48,539 nt of DNA from Spirogloea muscicola (lineage: Eukaryota). Below are positions 34,901 to 48,539 of the stretch, piece after piece. The position numbers and the translations under genes are program-made. Positions within the stretch are counted from its first letter, which is position 1, and each line of letters starts with the position of its first letter. A model generated the notes under the pieces. That model was not told where the DNA came from. It saw only the letters and a list, made by a program, of their open reading frames with translations, and ran no database searches. The DNA lies in NCBI GenBank assembly GCA_009602725.1, contig WELB01000004.1, positions 1,013,598-1,062,136 on the forward strand. Direction: 5' to 3'.

Positions 34901-37900
34901 CATGAGCATCCCCGAAGTTTGATGTAACTTGGTTGAGGTCAATATGGTGCACACCAGCTTGTGTACATTGGCGTTGAAGGAGGCATCCTGTGACAGGATA
35001 AGGAGGGAGATGAGGAGCATGTAGATCTGGTTGGGAGTTCGTCTGGATGCATTATACAGCATCTCCAAGAGCGGCATCAGCTGCACAAAGCCACCGCGAA
35101 GGAGAACTGTCACAGGCATAATATGTCACTGCAAATAATGCATGTAACCTCAAACTCGGCACCATGATACAAACCTCGCCATGGGTGACACCTGCAGGCG
35201 ATCCTGAGAAGCTACTGTGTGTGCTTGGCCAGCTAAAGGTGTCCGCTTAGGAAGCAAGAGGAGGATTGAGGCCCACCAGCGTGTCGAGGTCCGTCCGCAC
35301 AAGCACATATTCAAGAAAGGCCACATTCCCATGGAGCAGAGAGTAAAGGAGAAGCGTTGACCGATCATCCAGCAAACACCTGCATTTGCCTTGCCCAATG
35401 CTGGCCATTCTGAGAGCTTGCCAGTGATACTGCCAGCATTTTTTGATGGCAGCCCAAAACGGCATACTCGACTACCGCAATCATGGCAGAGAGGTCACTT
35501 ACGCGCCCAGCTTGTCGAAAAGAGCTGCATAGGAGACTCTAGTGGCCCCAAGCTCCTGGGTGTCAGCCACAGATCCTCCCATGCTGACTGCCAAGAAGGG
35601 TGTAAATGCATCAGGACATACGTTGCTGACTCAGCAACACCCACTGTAGGCAGTATCACTACCTGACACTGCTGTTCTCGGACTTGCGACATGGAAACGC
35701 AGTAGGTGCAAGGGTTTAGCTGGTTATGACTATCCCTTCAATTCACCTGTAAGAGACATCACTGCAAGCTGCTGCACACGACAACATGAGGCAAGACAAA
35801 ACTCAACACTCACACTCTTTGTCTCGGGCAGCTTGCAGCTCCTGCTTGAAGGGATTTGGATAGTACTGGGGGCGTCCAGTCCCAACCTCGTCCAGGTTTG
35901 TCCCATTCTGTTCACCATTCTCATTACCTTGAGGCTTCGATGGCATGGGCTTCCCATGGTGAACAAGTACAAGCAGGAGTAGAAGGCAGTTCTCGGCCAA
36001 GGGACTCTTGGCTGCAGCTTGATTGGGGCTCATGAGATACGTGTATGTGTAGTATGGGAGGAGGAAGACTGTGGCTGCGGCGCCACGCAATGAATGATAC
36101 ACTTCAGAAAATGATGCAGTGGCTCTATATTAGGTGCACTTTGTCAAGCAATCCGTGCAATAACACGTTATGTCAGGAATTGCAAGCAGTCTCATGCAAC
36201 TTAGGAGTCAGAGCCTTGAAGTACCAGCAGCAGAGCCCACTGTCCTGAGATAGCCCTGCTGTTCTGCTGGTTGGGATGGAAAGACTCGAGTAATGGGCAA
36301 AGGAAGCCTGGCCATGTATGCCAAGAGCAGCTTGCGCACGAGTGGGCCAGCTAGAGCATCCTGCACAAGGAATCTGCAGCGATGAGGTATTCCAGAGGTC
36401 ACCTCATGACTGGTCAGCATCTTAGTGCTTGCAAAAAAGGGTAATAAATGACCACCTCCTCATTAGCTAGGATAGACGCTTGAGATATTCAATGAGCCAG
36501 ATGCCACAGCTGACACAGTTGACAACCAGACTAAATTTGAAACAAGGCTTGTGCCCCCACTTCCCAGGGGACTCTTGCTTGCATGCAGGTCTACAGTGCT
36601 TACTGCATGCAGTGTATGGAATCACTCATGCATCCCTGATTGCAAAGGTTGTCAGCTGCTTTGCATTTGGACATGGCAGATCTCTGCACCAACCTGAGCC
36701 ATCGCTGCATCCAGAAATGCATCCCAGTTCCCTGGGGCTTCCCCTGGAGGCAGGTGAAGCTGAGACGATAGTAGCACCAGGAGTAGGTTGACGGACTCCA
36801 AGTGCAGCACATAGGTATTTGCACTAAGTGTCTCACACAAGTAGTCCACACAGTACATTGTTAGAGTGACGACTGAATCATATCTTGCTACTTCTGGTCG
36901 AGCATTATGTCAGCATGAGTAAGTTGTTTCCAGGCTATCCCAAAGAGGTTGCTCCAGGCGCTCACTTTACATCCTGGCTCCCAATGTACGCCATCAATGA
37001 CTGCATGACGAGCACGGCAACATCCTGTTGTCCTGCAGCAGGCAGACACGCGGCCATTGGCTTAATGAACTGTGCTTCAGCTGCTGGTCTAAAGCCGTAG
37101 TAAGAGCCACAGCAACTGCCACCAATATTTCTGCCACTTTGTCAGCATTGCCTGCTGGGAGCCACCTTGCAGAGCGCTACATGCGCAGCCTCTGACACCA
37201 TTGGACAGCTTGTACCAGAGCAGCTGAAGGTACTCTGGGCTCCCATGTGTTGGAGCCGACTCATGACATTCCCACCTATGAAGCCACTGCAGAGCAAGAT
37301 GTGAACCTGGATGGAGCCCAAGCGCCTCCGCTTCCGAGCTCGTCAGGTCTAAAGCCAGCCGCTCGGCCAAGGTGGCGGCACCACCGGCCTCCAGCATGTG
37401 CTTGGTGAATGTCCGTGCGAAAATGAGTGTGTTGACGGCCTTGAGGACCTTCTGGTTGCTGGAGGGCTCCCCCTGAAGGCTGTGGACCACCCGCAGGAGG
37501 ACCTTGGGGAAGTGCTGCGTCTCCTGATTGTGTGCAGCTGCCACAGAGAGAAGTGGTAAGAGTGGGCCACTTTCTGCTATCTGCAGTACGACCGTCTCCG
37601 GCCAGTTGACAGTAACTTGAGCATTCTCCTGACCTTACTTAGCACAGTATGAGCTACGACCAGGCTGGGGGTTGGGCCAGCTGGACTAGGGACTTAATAG
37701 TCAGCATTACGGATAGAGCCTCCCGGCTTCGATGCCGTCCTCGGCAGTTGCCATGCATGCAGCAGCAAAATGAGCCAATCTAGCACGCACATTGTGAAGA
37801 TGCAATCGCTGCGGCTTCGTGAAGCTGAGGCGCTGATAATTGAGAGAAATGGCGCCTCTTCAGCAAGTGTGGCAACAAGCGACGCATAGTGACTGCAGCA

Positions 37901-38116
37901 GGCGAGGTGGCAACGACGGGGCAACGCACCCAAGGAGAGTGCAGCTTCCTTGGTGCGCTCGTCCAGGTCGACGGCGCGCAGCCGCGAGAGCGGGTAGGGG
38001 AAGGCGAGGAGCTCGCTCCAGAAGGGGTCGTCCAGGGGCACCGGCGAGGGCCCGACGAAGGTGTCCATGCGGCGCTGGAGGCCATCATAAAAGGACGAGG
38101 ACTCCGCCGCTCCCAT
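31913..38116 (-). CDS. DYM: Dymeclin (Dyggve-Melchior-Clausen protein), multi-exon
   Basis: N-terminal MGAAES (myristoylation-type); [91 protein letters not shown]. The last exon and stop (31913-31915) are tentative. Confidence 0.92.
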
Positions 38117-38296
38117 CGGGAGCCACGCCGGCGAGGTTGCCGCGGCCTTAGCTCCGAGCGCGCGGATCTCTGTCCACGACGACAAGCGCGCCGCCGCTGC
38201 CAAAGGCGGCTGCCGACGCCGCGCTGCTCACGAGGCGCTGCGCCCGCGGCGGCGGCCGTGCCGGCAGCGCGTCCAGAGCCCGACGCGTCGCCGGCT

Positions 38297-39029
<733 letters not shown>

Positions 39030-41097
39030 ATGGCCGCAGGCGGCCCGGTCAGTGACCCCGCCGACGCCGCCGCCGCCGCTGCCGGCGACGGCGGCAGCCG
39101 TGGCGATGACGGCAAGGCTGCCGGCCCGGCAGCCGGCGGCCTCGTCGCCAAGGCCGGCAGCAAGGGCCACGGCAGCTTCGTGCGCGCCGACCAGTTGGAC
39201 TTCGCGAAGCTGGACGCCTCCCTGGAACGCGCCCTTAGCCGATCCGTGGCTCGTACCGGCGGCGGCGGCGGCGGCGGCGGCGACCAACGGGAGCTGGAGC
39301 GCGTGCGCAGCTCGCTGGCCGGCTGGGAGATCGACCCCACGCAGATCAACCTCAGTAGCGTCGTGGCACACGGCACGTACGGCACCGTCTACCGCGGGAC
39401 CTTCGCCGGCCAGGACGTCGCAGGTGGGCTTGCATCGCCTTTGCTCGTCGTCGGAACTCGTCGATTAATACATAAAAGCGCGTTGAATAGCCAGCTTAGC
39501 TTGGCAGTCCGTAGCTGAGGCTGACACAACTCTGGCACTCGCCTGGTGCGACCGGCAGTGAAGCTGCTGGAGTGGGGCGAGGAGAACACCATGTCGCGCG
39601 CGCAGCTGCACTCACTGCGTGCTGCATTCGAGCAGGAGGTGGCCATCTGGCACACGCTCAGCAACCCCAACGTCACCCAGGTCAGTCCTGCTCACTGCAT
39701 CGCCCCCGTTAGCACTCAATGGAGCACAGATATTTGTAAGAATCGGCACTACAATTCTGCATGTGACGTCCGTCGCGTGGGCAACAGGCAGGCTTTTCCT
39801 TTCTCTTTGTTTTTTATCGTGGCCAGGGATACTGACGCTAACAACGCTGATCTTGGGTTCATGGGTTGCAGTTCATTGGGGCTGCGCTAGGGAGCAAGGA
39901 CGGCTTCTTGATTCCGTCGTCAACTGACGGCGACAACAGCTTGGTGTCCATGAGCGCCAATGTTTGCTGTGTGGTGGTGGAGTTCCTACCTGGCGGCACG
40001 CTCAAGGACTACCTAATCAAACACCAGCGCAAGAAAATTGCATTTCGCAAAGTCCTGCAGCTAGCCTTGGACGTGGCAAGGGGGTGATGTCCTCAATTCC
40101 TGTCTGCATAGCTTGTTGGCCTGATTTATGGAGCTCAAGTTGCGCGTAATGCCACTGGCGACTTGGTAGCTCTCTTGCGGCAGGCCTTACTGGCGGCAGG
40201 TGCCTTGATTATGCAATCTGGACCCTCATTACTGGTTCTGTTGCATTTTACACAGCCTGGCGTACCTCCACTCTAAGAAGATCGTGCACCGCGATGTGAA
40301 GTCAGAGAATATGCTGCTTGACAAGAAAGGCACCGTCAAGATTGCCGACTTTGGAGTTGCACGTGTTGAGGCCAAGAACCCCAGGGACATGACTGGCGAG
40401 ACCGGCACTGTTGGTTACATGGCGCCGGAGGTCCGCCCACCTTCTCTGCAGCTACTCACCTGGCTCTGAACAAGTCAGAGCTGCATACATTCATGAAGTG
40501 GAGTTTGAAGTCTCACTCAGCTGCATCTGACAGATCTTGGATGGGAAGCCGTACAACCGGCAGGCAGACGTCTACAGCTATGGAATCTGCCTCTGGGAGG
40601 TTTACTGCTGCAAGATGCCGTTCCCTGAGCTCAGCTTCAAGGAAATGGCTGCTGTCGTCAACCAGGTGAGCATGGCAAAAGCTGGGGTCCTCTGCAGGTG
40701 CTCAGAGTACTGAATCGCGCCAGTCGCCAGCAGCCTAGCCCGTTCCAAGAAGCAGGTTGTGCCTGTCCACAGGGCGTTATGCATCGAGAGATTGTGCTGG
40801 AAGAAACAGAAAGGTGGACACTGCAGCAATTTCGATTCTCTAATCAGGACGGCTGACAAGGCTTGCTTGTGCCTCTCAACGGTGGTGCAGGGAATGCGGC
40901 CCAGCATCCCTTCGTGCTGCCCGAAGCAGCTCGTGCAGATCATGTCCCGGTGCTGGGATGCCAGCCCCACCAAGCGGCCAGAGATGGACGAGGTCGTTCG
41001 CCTGCTCGAGGCTATTGACCCCACCAAGGGTCGCAAGATGTGCACCGACGAATTTGAGCGGGCCGTTTCGCAGCCCAAAGGCTGCTTCTGCTTCTAG
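39030..41097 (+). CDS. Raf-like Ser/Thr kinase, subgroup C7 (CBC1/CBC2/MRK1-like)
   Basis: Family-typical [94 protein letters not shown]-terminal KGCFCF*. Six exons. Confidence 0.9.
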
Positions 41098-41677
41098 AGC
41101 AATGAGCTGCTCCTGGTTGTGGCCGCCTCCTCAAGCAGTTGAAAGGATTTGCCAATGTACCGTGCTCATTTGCATGGCTGGAGAGCATGGCGCTGTGTGT
41201 CATGCTCACAGACGAACCCGAGGGGTCGGCATGGCTCTGCGGAGCTCCCTATGTACCAACACCTTTCGGTTACGCATGACGAGGCCGAAATTATATAGGA
41301 GGCCTATTCTCTTCTCTGCCCTTCTGCTTGGCAACTTTGATGGATTACTGGCCTGCCCCGTTTAAAGGACCATGCTCCTTCCCACCCTCATACAGGGTTG
41401 GGCATTCACATGGGGACTGAAGCATCTTGAACACCAAGAACCACTATACAGAACCACTTCACGGCTCTGCAATAGCCGCTGGAGCTCTGCCCTTCAGGAC
41501 ATGCTTGCAACTTGCCCAGTTGCTCATTGTCAAGCAGCCCATAATCATGACAGCTGGCTATTACATTATGGAAGTGGTATAGCATATGCCATGACAGTAA
41601 TGTTGTCAAGTGTCAAATAGAAGCACCAGGTGACCGTGGTGCATCCTCGTCACTGCTCTGTGAATCTAAGCTTGACG

Positions 41678-42830
41678 CTAGGCATTTCCTAGGTGCTTTC
41701 CAGCATAACCTACCATCCTCTCCCTGTTCACAAGCTCCTTGCCTGCGACGAGGAAGTAGGCTGTGTGCCTGCCAATGTATGACGCTTTGAGCTCTGTCAG
41801 AGGCCTCTATAAAGTCAGATATCTTAAGAGTCGAGGGTACATGGCTGGGGCCTCAGCAAATTGCTTGATGCATGGCAGTAGTGGCACAATCAGAATGGAT
41901 GTGAAAAGGCTAGAGGAGTCAACTGCAGCACAGTCCGTATGTCTGCATTTGAAGCTTGCATGCATGAGGGACCCTTGACCCGCAATGGGCATGAAAATAG
42001 TGACCTGAAGAAGAGCAGCATGCGCTGCCTGGAGTCAGCATCAATTTCGGGGACACTATCAAAGGCTGCGGTCATGTGCGAGAGCCACCGCTCAGCTGCC
42101 ATAGCCGTGACTGTGTATGGCCCGTGCCTGCCAATCAGTGCCGGATGCCCTGCCAATATGCGGCCAACTGTAAGTGCCGCTGCAGCACATCCCGTCAAGA
42201 TAGGCCGCATCCAACTCTACATCAGTGCCTCGGACGAAGGCTGTCTGTCTGTGTGGTCATACACAGAACGAGTTCCGGCGCCTGAGGTACTTAAGATGCA
42301 CTCAATAAGGTGGGATCATAATAGCCGGGCCAAAAGGCAGACAGACCTGCAACCAAGAGTGTGAACAGGCGCAGAGGACCAGAGCTAGCAAGAGTGCTAC
42401 TTCAATTGCGCTTACTCTCAGGGAGGCTCACCTTGTTAAGATGAAAATGGAAGCAATGGGTCTATTGACAGAGGGAGAGCCTTAAACCCTAAAGCCCTGG
42501 TCAAGTCTTAAACCCCGATCATAAAACCTAAAATCCGCTCCATGGATGCGTGGCTTCACCTTTGCGCTGGGTGTACAGGGGCGGCCCCCCCATGCGCTGC
42601 ACGAAGAACTCGTACTGGTTCCGGATGGCCTCCTCCTTGGTGGAGCTCGCGAAGATGGCCCGAAACCAGGCCTCCTCGTCCGCAAACACGCGGTCGTAGA
42701 AAGCGGTGGAGAGCGCGACGAAGGGCGCGGCGCCGCCGAGGCGCTCGTACAGGTTTACGGCGTCGATGGTGAAGGCCTCGCTCGGCGCCACGCCGTTGCG
42801 CTCCGACGCCTGCGCCTGCAGCGCCTTCAT
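41678..42830 (-). CDS. GLB3: Group II truncated (2/2) haemoglobin
   Basis: [79 protein letters not shown]../[13 protein letters not shown]; three exons. Confidence 0.93.
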
Positions 42831-43023
42831 GGCCAGCGGCACAGCTTTCCGGCCTTGCCTGCCGCAGGTATGCGGCTGCCGCCAGCGCCGTCACCGGCAG
42901 TGGTGCGTCTCGTCACAGGGATCCTCGGAGTGCGGCGCGTCAGCGGGGCGGCTGGATGCCCGGGCCCGGCCGCGGCCGAGGGGCCAGCGCCGCAGCATCG
43001 TGGCGGCGGCGCCGGGGCTGCCG

Positions 43024-43606
43024 NNNNNNNNNNNNNNNNNNNNNNNNNNNNNNNNNNNNNNNNNNNNNNNNNNNNNNNNNNNNNNNNNNNNNNNNNNNNN
43101 NNNNNNNNNNNNNNNNNNNNNNNNNNNNNNNNNNNNNNNNNNNNNNNNNNNNNNNNNNNNNNNNNNNNNNNNNNNNNNNNNNNNNNNNNNNNNNNNNNNN
43201 NNNNNNNNNNNNNNNNNNNNNNNNNNNNNNNNNNNNNNNNNNNNNNNNNNNNNNNNNNNNNNNNNNNNNNNNNNNNNNNNNNNNNNNNNNNNNNNNNNNN
43301 NNNNNNNNNNNNNNNNNNNNNNNNNNNNNNNNNNNNNNNNNNNNNNNNNNNNNNNNNNNNNNNNNNNNNNNNNNNNNNNNNNNNNNNNNNNNNNNNNNNN
43401 NNNNNNNNNNNNNNNNNNNNNNNNNNNNNNNNNNNNNNNNNNNNNNNNNNNNNNNNNNNNNNNNNNNNNNNNNNNNNNNNNNNNNNNNNNNNNNNNNNNN
43501 NNNNNNNNNNNNNNNNNNNNNNNNNNNNNNNNNNNNNNNNNNNNNNNNNNNNNNNNNNNNNNNNNNNNNNNNNNNNNNNNNNNNNNNNNNNNNNNNNNNN
43601 NNNNNN
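43024..43606. other. Assembly gap (N run) in the GC-rich divergent promoter region between GLB3 and the MYB
   Basis: Directly visible. Confidence 0.95.
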
Positions 43607-43854
43607 CGACGGCGGCGGCAGCGGCGGCGGCGATGGCGGCGCGGGGCCCGCACAAGTGGGAGCAGCTGTCGAGAAGGCCGCGCTCCCGCACGGCATCGTG
43701 GCAGAGCTCGCAGCGCTGCCCGCCGCCGCCCTGCATAGACTGCCACCGCACAGGCCGCCACTGGCCACGGATCCCGCCGTGAAATGCGGCACAGCGAGGG
43801 CGGGCGGCGACGACGGCGCCGGCGGCGGCGGCGCGCGGCGGCGGCGACGAGGCC

Positions 43855-44991
43855 ATGCGGGGGCCGTGGACCGAGGAGGAGGACGAGCTGCTGCGGCACC
43901 TGGTGGCGCGCTGGGGCGCGCAGAGCTGGTTCCGCATGGCCAAGCACATCCCGGGCCGCCCCGGCAAGAGCTGCCGGCTGCGCTGGATCAACCAGCTCAG
44001 CCCCGACGTGGTGCACCGCCACTTCACCGCCGACGAGGACGGCGTCATCATCCGCGCCCAGCAGGCGAGCGCCGCCGCCCCTGCCCGCCGCCAGCTCCCA
44101 CTGCCACGCCGCCGGGGCCTCCGACTGACGGCCGCGCGCTGCGGCGTGTCTTAATCGGCAGCTGCTGGGCAACCGCTGGTCGGCCATCGCCAAGATGCTG
44201 CCCGGGCGGAGCGACAATGCCGTCAAGAATCGCTGGAACTCTGCGCTCCGGCGCCGGACCCACCCCTCGTGGGCGGCCCTCGCGGCGACCTCTGCCGCGT
44301 TTGCGCCGGAGAGGCAGCCATCGTGAGTCGTCTCGCGATGCCATGCTGGCGATGCTCTCTGCGTCCTGCATTGTGCAGACGAACGGCTGTGCAATGTGTC
44401 CAGCCCATCGATGGTTGGTGTGACTGCCGGTTGCAAGTGCCGCAGGCCACGGCAGGCAGCTCCGGAAGTGAGCGAGCCCTCTGGGATGTCTGGTGTGGAG
44501 AATGGCGACGACGAGCCCTGGCTCGGCTTGTCGCTGTCCATCTCGGGGACAGCATCGGCAGAGGCATCACCAACAAACCCGACATGCATTGCAGGTTACT
44601 TACTGCCATTGGCTGGCATGAGCTGAAGCCTCTGTTCGGAGCCTCATGCTGCCCAGGATGCGTGCCACATTGATGTAACTCAACGGAGAGTCAGGTCGTT
44701 GCCAGCTGAAGGTTTGCGGGCATGGCACTTGCAGACACCTGGCCCAGCTCAACTCCACGTTTGGAACCTCCAGTTAATGACTTGGATGAGGAAAGGCAGA
44801 GAGATGGAAACGGCGCAGGTGTAGTGGTGGCCCCTCCGACCTCTCTTGCGAGAAGTACACAAGAAGAACAGGAGTCTTCTGAACTGAGAGGCGTGCCCAG
44901 TTGCTACAACAGCAGCCTGGTCGAGCCCGGCAACTACGTGCCGAGCAACTACTATATCCTTGCATACATCCTGCCAGCTGGTTGCCAGTGA
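43855..44991 (+). CDS. R2R3-MYB transcription factor (S22/S23-like, with LxLxI EAR-like motif); 5' end uncertain
   Basis: [38 protein letters not shown] intron 44065-44161; [31 protein letters not shown]; later exon [13 protein letters not shown]. The 3' exons are tentative. Confidence 0.85.
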
Positions 44992-45305
44992 CTGACGCGC
45001 AAGCTGAAGTCAAGTGAAGCTGTGGGATCACACCTGCATAGCACTTACGTCATGGAGTCTTCTCACAAGGGGAGCACTTTGACGGAGTTGCAACTAAATC
45101 TTTGCAGTGTCATCCACGGCCTTTCACCGCAGCCTTCTGCCAAGGCTCGTTGTAGTCTACTGATGTAGGCCTTGCGTACTTTGAGTGGCCCGCAGCATTG
45201 CTGGATGCCTCTCATCCACAGCTACTGAGGTCATGAAAAGGTGTTGCCAATGTGTCCTTTTGCTGATGTGTATATATTTAATTTAGTACCCATTTTGTAC
45301 AAAGT

Positions 45306-45391
45306 GGTGGAGTTAGTGGTATGGTCCATAAGTAAGATGACAATGTAAGGTGGAGTTCGTGGTATGGTCCATAAGTAAGATGACAATGTAA
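45306..45391 (+). repeat. 43-bp tandem duplication
   Basis: GGTGGAGTT(A/C)GTGGTATGGTCCATAAGTAAGATGACAATGTAA, two copies with one mismatch. Confidence 0.9.
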
Positions 45392-45669
45392 ATAGTACCC
45401 TGTGGAGAAGTACCGGGCTTCATGACGTGACCATAAGTCACTGAACATGTAGGATATGGTGTGGCAAATATTGCAGATCAAAGTGATCAGCTTCCGCTGA
45501 TGCTGATAAAAGCAGATTGCTGTGGACAGGGTTCCTGTTCTAGTCGAATGCAATTTGTGACTACCTTGCACCCGAAGATGTCACATGTTGAGCTCAGGGT
45601 TGGCTAAGTCCTCGACTTCTCGACTTCCAGCAATTAGCGCCTTGGCCAAGAAGGGCCATAACGAAGAGA

Positions 45670-45805
45670 AAGAGAGAAGGCGCGCAGGGCGCATGAAATG
45701 AAAGGGAGGCCAAGACAAGCCAATACAGTGTTCAGGCAGAGACTAGTGCAAAGTAAACAAGGCTACATGATGTGGAGACCTAAAGTAAGGTGCCTAAGGT
45801 GACAT
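45670..45805 (-). mobile_element. 3' UTR of CRE family C
   Basis: Reverse complement aligns with 48015-48155 (TGTCACCTTAGGCACCTT..CTGCCTGAACA.TGTAT.GGCTTG..TGGCCTCC.TTTCATTT.ATGCGCCC..CGCCTTCTCTCT). Confidence 0.8.
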
Positions 45806-47059
45806 TAGAAGAGAAGAGGTCGACACCATCGGAATAGCATGGAGGGTAGTGCTTTTTCGTGAGCTTCCTTGCTTATAACACATACATGGAACAAATAGAG
45901 GTACTGATGAAGAAGTGCATACCTTGGCGGGAAATTTCTTTGGAAGTGGCGAGAGTGTACTTCTGATAAAGATTCAAAAGTCAAGTCACTGCAGAAAGCC
46001 TGACATGTGGTACCATAACTAGACAGTTGGCCACCAGCAAGCCCAGCACGGGCTGGAGGCAAACACAGAGTGAGTGCGCAGCTGTCCTATCAAGGAGGGT
46101 GCAGAAACAAGCGCCAGGCAGCAGCAGGCGTCCCACAGGAGGCAAGGTCGTCCTCCCGGTAAGCTTGAATCTCGTGGCTCTCTTGCAGGCTAAGCAACGC
46201 TAACCGCCATCACCAGGCAGCCTCCTCTTCCAAGAGCCTACCTGCAGGCTGATGTCAAGCCGGCTAGTTCTATACGGCTGATTCATCGACGAAACTGCTC
46301 ACCAGCAACGTGCATTGGCCGCACGAAGAGGCCTTGTACTTAGTGGGGTCGCAGTGGCACATAGGAAGCAATACAGTGCCATTTGGCGCAGTCTCTACCT
46401 GACCAGCTAGATTATCTTCTCGCATTCAGCTACCTAATCAAGCTACAGTGCGTATATCTGCGCAAAGCTCAACAATGGAAGTACGGGGCAGGCTCAGAAG
46501 GGTGCACAGCCCCTTACAAATTGGCGGTGGCTTTGCAAAGCCCTGCCTTTTAAGAAAGAGCTAGGAGGGTGGGGTTGCAATGACCTGAAAGAGGAGAAGG
46601 GCTGGGACGAATAAGTCAAATGCACACGTAGTGCACAGCCATGATCTACTGGGTCTGCCGCCAGCGCCTGAAGGCAAGCACTTGGCTAGAAGGGAGGACA
46701 GAAGCGAGATGGCGGCCAAGTAGCAGTTACCCCCTCCACGCGAATGGGCAAGAGCCACGCAGCATCTCCTGCAGGAGAAGGTATGATGGAGGCAAAGGCT
46801 GCCAAAGGATCGGAGGCTTTGGCACAAGTATTAGCACCAACATGCCAAGCCATGCAGAGCAAGTCACAACAGAGGAGCAGCTGTTGTGGGGGTGACCAAC
46901 GCCTACATCTGGCAAGATGCATTAGGGGGGAGGTGGCGGATAAGACGCGCTGCAGCAGGAGGGAGAGGGCCCTCTTCGAGCCAGGGCTCAAGAAAGAGCA
47001 AGGTCTCAAGGAGCTCCAGGTCTGAAGAGTCTCACTGTTGAGCAGCCGCAGGTCAAAGA

Positions 47060-47857
47060 GAAAGTGCTTGCCCATAGAGAAGAGGGTCTGGCAAAGCCAG
47101 CTCAAAAAGAATGGACAATGTCCAAAGCCAATGAAAGAGGTGCCCAAAAACGAAGTGCGCGCCCATAGAGAAGAGGGCTGGCAAAGCCAGTCCAAAAAGA
47201 ATGGACAATGTCCAAAGCCAAAGAAAGAGGTGCCGAAAAAGGACTACACTACCAAACACGACAACGCACTGGGGGAAGCTCAGTACCCTCGAGTGAGCAA
47301 CATCAGGTCGGAGTAGCTGGTTGCAGGGAAGGAGGAACTCCGCCGAGACCCAGAGGCGGCGGCCAGAGCACGTCCTGCTCGCCTGTGGACGGCGTGGGCA
47401 AGGGATCGTTGGAACGATACCGCCAGGCGCCAGCGGCAATGCGGAAGACCTGGGCTAACGAACGGGCGGCGTTGAAGCCGGGCAGCGCCCCTAGCAGACC
47501 CGGCGCCAGTCAATGGCCTGACGGGCAAGCCGCTGGAGGAGATCCAGCCAGCGGCTGCCGAAAGCCCCGTGAACGTCGATTGCCAGGGCCGCGAAGTCGT
47601 CACCAGCCGGGTGGTCGGCCTATTTTCGCTCTTTACCCCGGCCGCCAGGCCGACCGCATGCCCTGCAAACGACGCCAACCTGGTGGGATTGGCGGAGTCG
47701 AAGCAGTCGGTTGTCACCACGTCGGCGATGATACGGGAACCGCCACCGGGCGGGAACAGCCAGCCTAGGGAAGCTCAGTACCTGCGAGTGAGCAACATCA
47801 GGTCGGAGTAGCTCGTTGTCGGGAAGGAGGCACTCCGCCAAGACCCGGAGGCGGCGG
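47060..47857 (-). mobile_element. CRE family B: short 3' copy (47768-47857) followed by a longer RLE-region copy and a duplicated 3' UTR
   Basis: Minus strand: PGGGSRIIADVVTTD..AGHAVGLAAGVK..(frameshift) ADHPAGDDFAALAIDVHGAFG..RLAVSFQRSLAHAVHRRAGRAL..ATSYSDLMLLTRGY*. The UTR 3' half occurs twice (47060-47150 and 47152-47260). Confidence 0.85.
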
Positions 47858-47889
47858 AGTCAATCCTCACTGGGCAAGCCCTTTCTTCG

Positions 47890-48155
47890 TTCTCCATTTC
47901 ATTTCATGCGCCCCGTGCGCCTTCTCTCTTCTCCTTTGCCTCCGGCTTTCGTGGCGGCGCTCCAGCTCCCCAAGTTAGCTTGTGGGATTTGTTTGTGCTC
48001 ACCCGTGGGTACCGATGTCACCTTAGGCACCTTGGTTTCGGTTTCCGTGTTATGTAGCCCTGTTTTTAATCTGCCCTAGACTGCCTGAACAATGTATCGG
48101 CTTGAATTGGCCTCCATTTCATTTTATGCGCCCCGCGTGCCTTCTCTCTTCCTCT
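47890..48155 (+). mobile_element. CRE family C 3' ends (terminal fragment ~47890-47935; longer copy ~47965-48155)
   Basis: TTGTGGGATTTGTTTGTGCTCACCCGTGGGTACCGA reads LWDLFVLTRGY followed by CGA (probably a mutated TGA), then a UTR ending GCGCCCCGCGTGCCTTCTCTCT. Confidence 0.75.
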
Positions 48156-48539
48156 TCACCCGACCGTTGGGGCGCCCGCGCTTGCGCCCCGCGCCGCCGC
48201 CGCCGCGGCGGCGGCGGCGGTCCTTTCGCCCCCCGCTGCCGCCGGCTGGCGAGCTGGCGCCGACGAGCTCATGGCCGCGCCAGGCCCCGGGGCTTCTTCG
48301 GGCGCCACGCTCAAGGCCGCGCCAGACCCTGGCCCCGCCCCTCTGGTTGCCTCGCCGCTGCCGAGTTCCCCCGGTCACCCTCGGCTGGGCAGCAGTTCCC
48401 CGTGCCTGCGCCAGCGACAGCTGCTCCTCCCGACGCTTCAAGCCCCGCGGCGGCGGCCTCGGGCGCCCCGGCCTCCTCTACCCCGGCGGGAGCCGAGCTC
48501 GTCCTCCCCTACCAAGCGCCTCCTGTCTTCACGGGCAGC

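Noticed and set aside
42546..44589. Several 260-625 aa ORFs
   Set aside because: Artefacts of reading through N runs and GC-rich sequence; explained by the GLB3 and MYB exons.
45820..47030. Short ORFs (e.g. MEQIEVLMKKCIPWREISLEVARVYF; 46744-47025) as a gene or gag remnant
   Set aside because: No recognisable motif or consistent splice model.

Overview
Eukaryotic, intron-rich, gene-dense scaffold segment with two long N gaps and two single-N gaps. The gene set is plant-type and first exons are very GC-rich, so it is most likely a streptophyte green alga (inference). Eleven protein-coding genes can be reconstructed by hand: a small plant-type coiled-coil gene (+, missed as a unit by the ORF track), SCD1 (DENN+WD40, -), a SMUG1-family uracil-DNA glycosylase (+), mitochondrial TatB (+), an alpha/beta hydrolase (-), plant-type Pin1 parvulin (+, apparent frameshift), RPL23A (-), a small conserved membrane protein (+), dymeclin (-), a C7-type Raf-like kinase (+), GLB3 truncated haemoglobin (-), plus an R2R3-MYB (+) whose 5' end is uncertain. 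Most identifiable intergenic repeats resolve into 5'-truncated copies or 3' ends of several families of CRE-like non-LTR retrotransposons (restriction-like endonuclease). These share a C-terminal DLxxL(T)RGY-stop motif and have structured 3' UTRs. Several copies are nested in one another with target-site duplications, and many sit just upstream of genes. The most notable observations are the bacterial-looking SMUG1 and this retroelement radiation. No CRISPR array, tRNA or rRNA gene was seen. Family assignments come from remembered motifs, not from database searches.
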